From the NCBI RefSeq assembly GCF_009914755.1, contig NC_060931.1: a DNA stretch of 64,000 nucleotides. One strand, 5' to 3'. The notes under the pieces are model-generated. The model made no database searches. It saw only the letters and a program-made list of their open reading frames with translations, and was not told the origin of the DNA. Origin of the DNA: the human T2T-CHM13v2.0 reference genome, Homo sapiens. This document shows, one piece after another, positions 63,073 through 64,000 of this stretch; positions within the stretch are counted from its first letter, which is position 1, and every line of letters begins with the position of its first letter. Made by a program: the position numbers and the translations under genes.

Positions 63073-64000
63073 CCAAAGAAGTCTAATGTGGAACCAGGAT
63101 TGAGAATAACCAGTTTAGAAGTTCTTTGATGTCTTTACTTCCATCTTGATCTTCCATAATAGATCAGTAACATATAGCGTGCCTTGCAATTTCCTGATTG
63201 TGCTGAGCTGTTTGCTGTTTTTGTGCCTTTGTTGTTCCTGTTTCCTGGAGTGCTTTCCCTTACATTGTCAATCTGAGGAGCACCAATGCATTCCTCGGTA
63301 TCCCTACAGTTGAAGGACTGCTGTTGTATTTTATACATATACCTACTGTTAGACTTACACTCATTTTGTAATAATTTGTTTAGTACCTTCCTCTTGTGAC
63401 TGTGAGTTTCCTGAGTGCAAGAGCCGTATCCAACTCATCTTTCTTTCCCAGAGCCTGGTATGATCAGCACTCTAAAAGTGTCGAATGGACTATCACTTAT
63501 TTAATTATTACAGCAAATCTACAAAGTGTGTATTATTATTTTTGCTCTTTAAGAGATGAGGACTTTCAGTTCAGAAACATGAAACAACCTGCTCTAGTTT
63601 ATTCCACTGGTAAATGGAAGACCTAGAATTCAAATGTACCTCAGCCCTTTAAAGTTTGTTCTTTAAAAATTGTGCTATTTTGTTTTGTTTCATTTTGTTT
63701 TAAAATGTCCTGTTGCCAGGCACTGTTCTACTTCTTGTAATACTAAATGCAGATGGTTGGATTTCAAGAACAGTTTGGTTTAAAGATAATGTGTAAATTA
63801 GATACAATATATAATCAGCTTATGAAAACTGTGGGTGTTACTGAGATGGAAAAGGGAGAGTAACATGGAGTCATAAGTATAGAAATACAGACAGAAAACA
63901 CTAATGTTCTTACATTTATCATACCAATTTACATATAGGTAGACCTGTTGGGTAGAACTCTCTGTTAACAGATGCCATTGTAATACAGTTCTGCTTCACA

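Larger units (their letters stand above)
62195..63113. mobile_element. MER5-family DNA transposon split by Alu and MSTA insertions
   Basis: GATGCCTGGG..ATCAGAATC..TATTTTTTAAAAAG..CCC ... TCTAATGTGGAACCAGGATTGAGAA. Confidence 0.65.

Overview
Primate DNA, by recognition human chr7q21, not microbial. It contains the last coding exon and 3' UTR of DBF4/ASK (1105-2080, +), then about 25 kb of repeat-dense intergenic DNA. That stretch holds a class III ERV remnant with recognisable gag, protease and RT motifs, old L1s, Tigger3, MLT1A and a MIR>MER3>full-length L1PB1>Alu nest. Next come the CpG-island promoter and coding exons 1-2 of ADAM22 (28385-28469, 28944-29104, +) and the first ~35 kb of ADAM22 intron 2; exon 3 lies beyond the window. 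Nearly all ORFs in the supplied track are Alu or L1 translations or noise. I cannot support a wholly new biological system. The best leads are hidden RNA-processing signals in ADAM22: a stop-free, in-frame 51-nt cassette exon (58558-58608), a possible recursive splice site or 3-nt microexon 630 nt downstream, a GAGGAG tandem acceptor at exon 2, and a full-length L1PA3-like element whose antisense promoter and extended ORF0 point in the ADAM22 direction. There are also several sequence scars: a 26-nt templated insertion, a FAM-based Alu dimer, a trimeric Alu and a twin-primed L1. Repeat subfamily names come from recalled consensus sequences and need RepeatMasker/Dfam confirmation; boundaries of old repeats are approximate.
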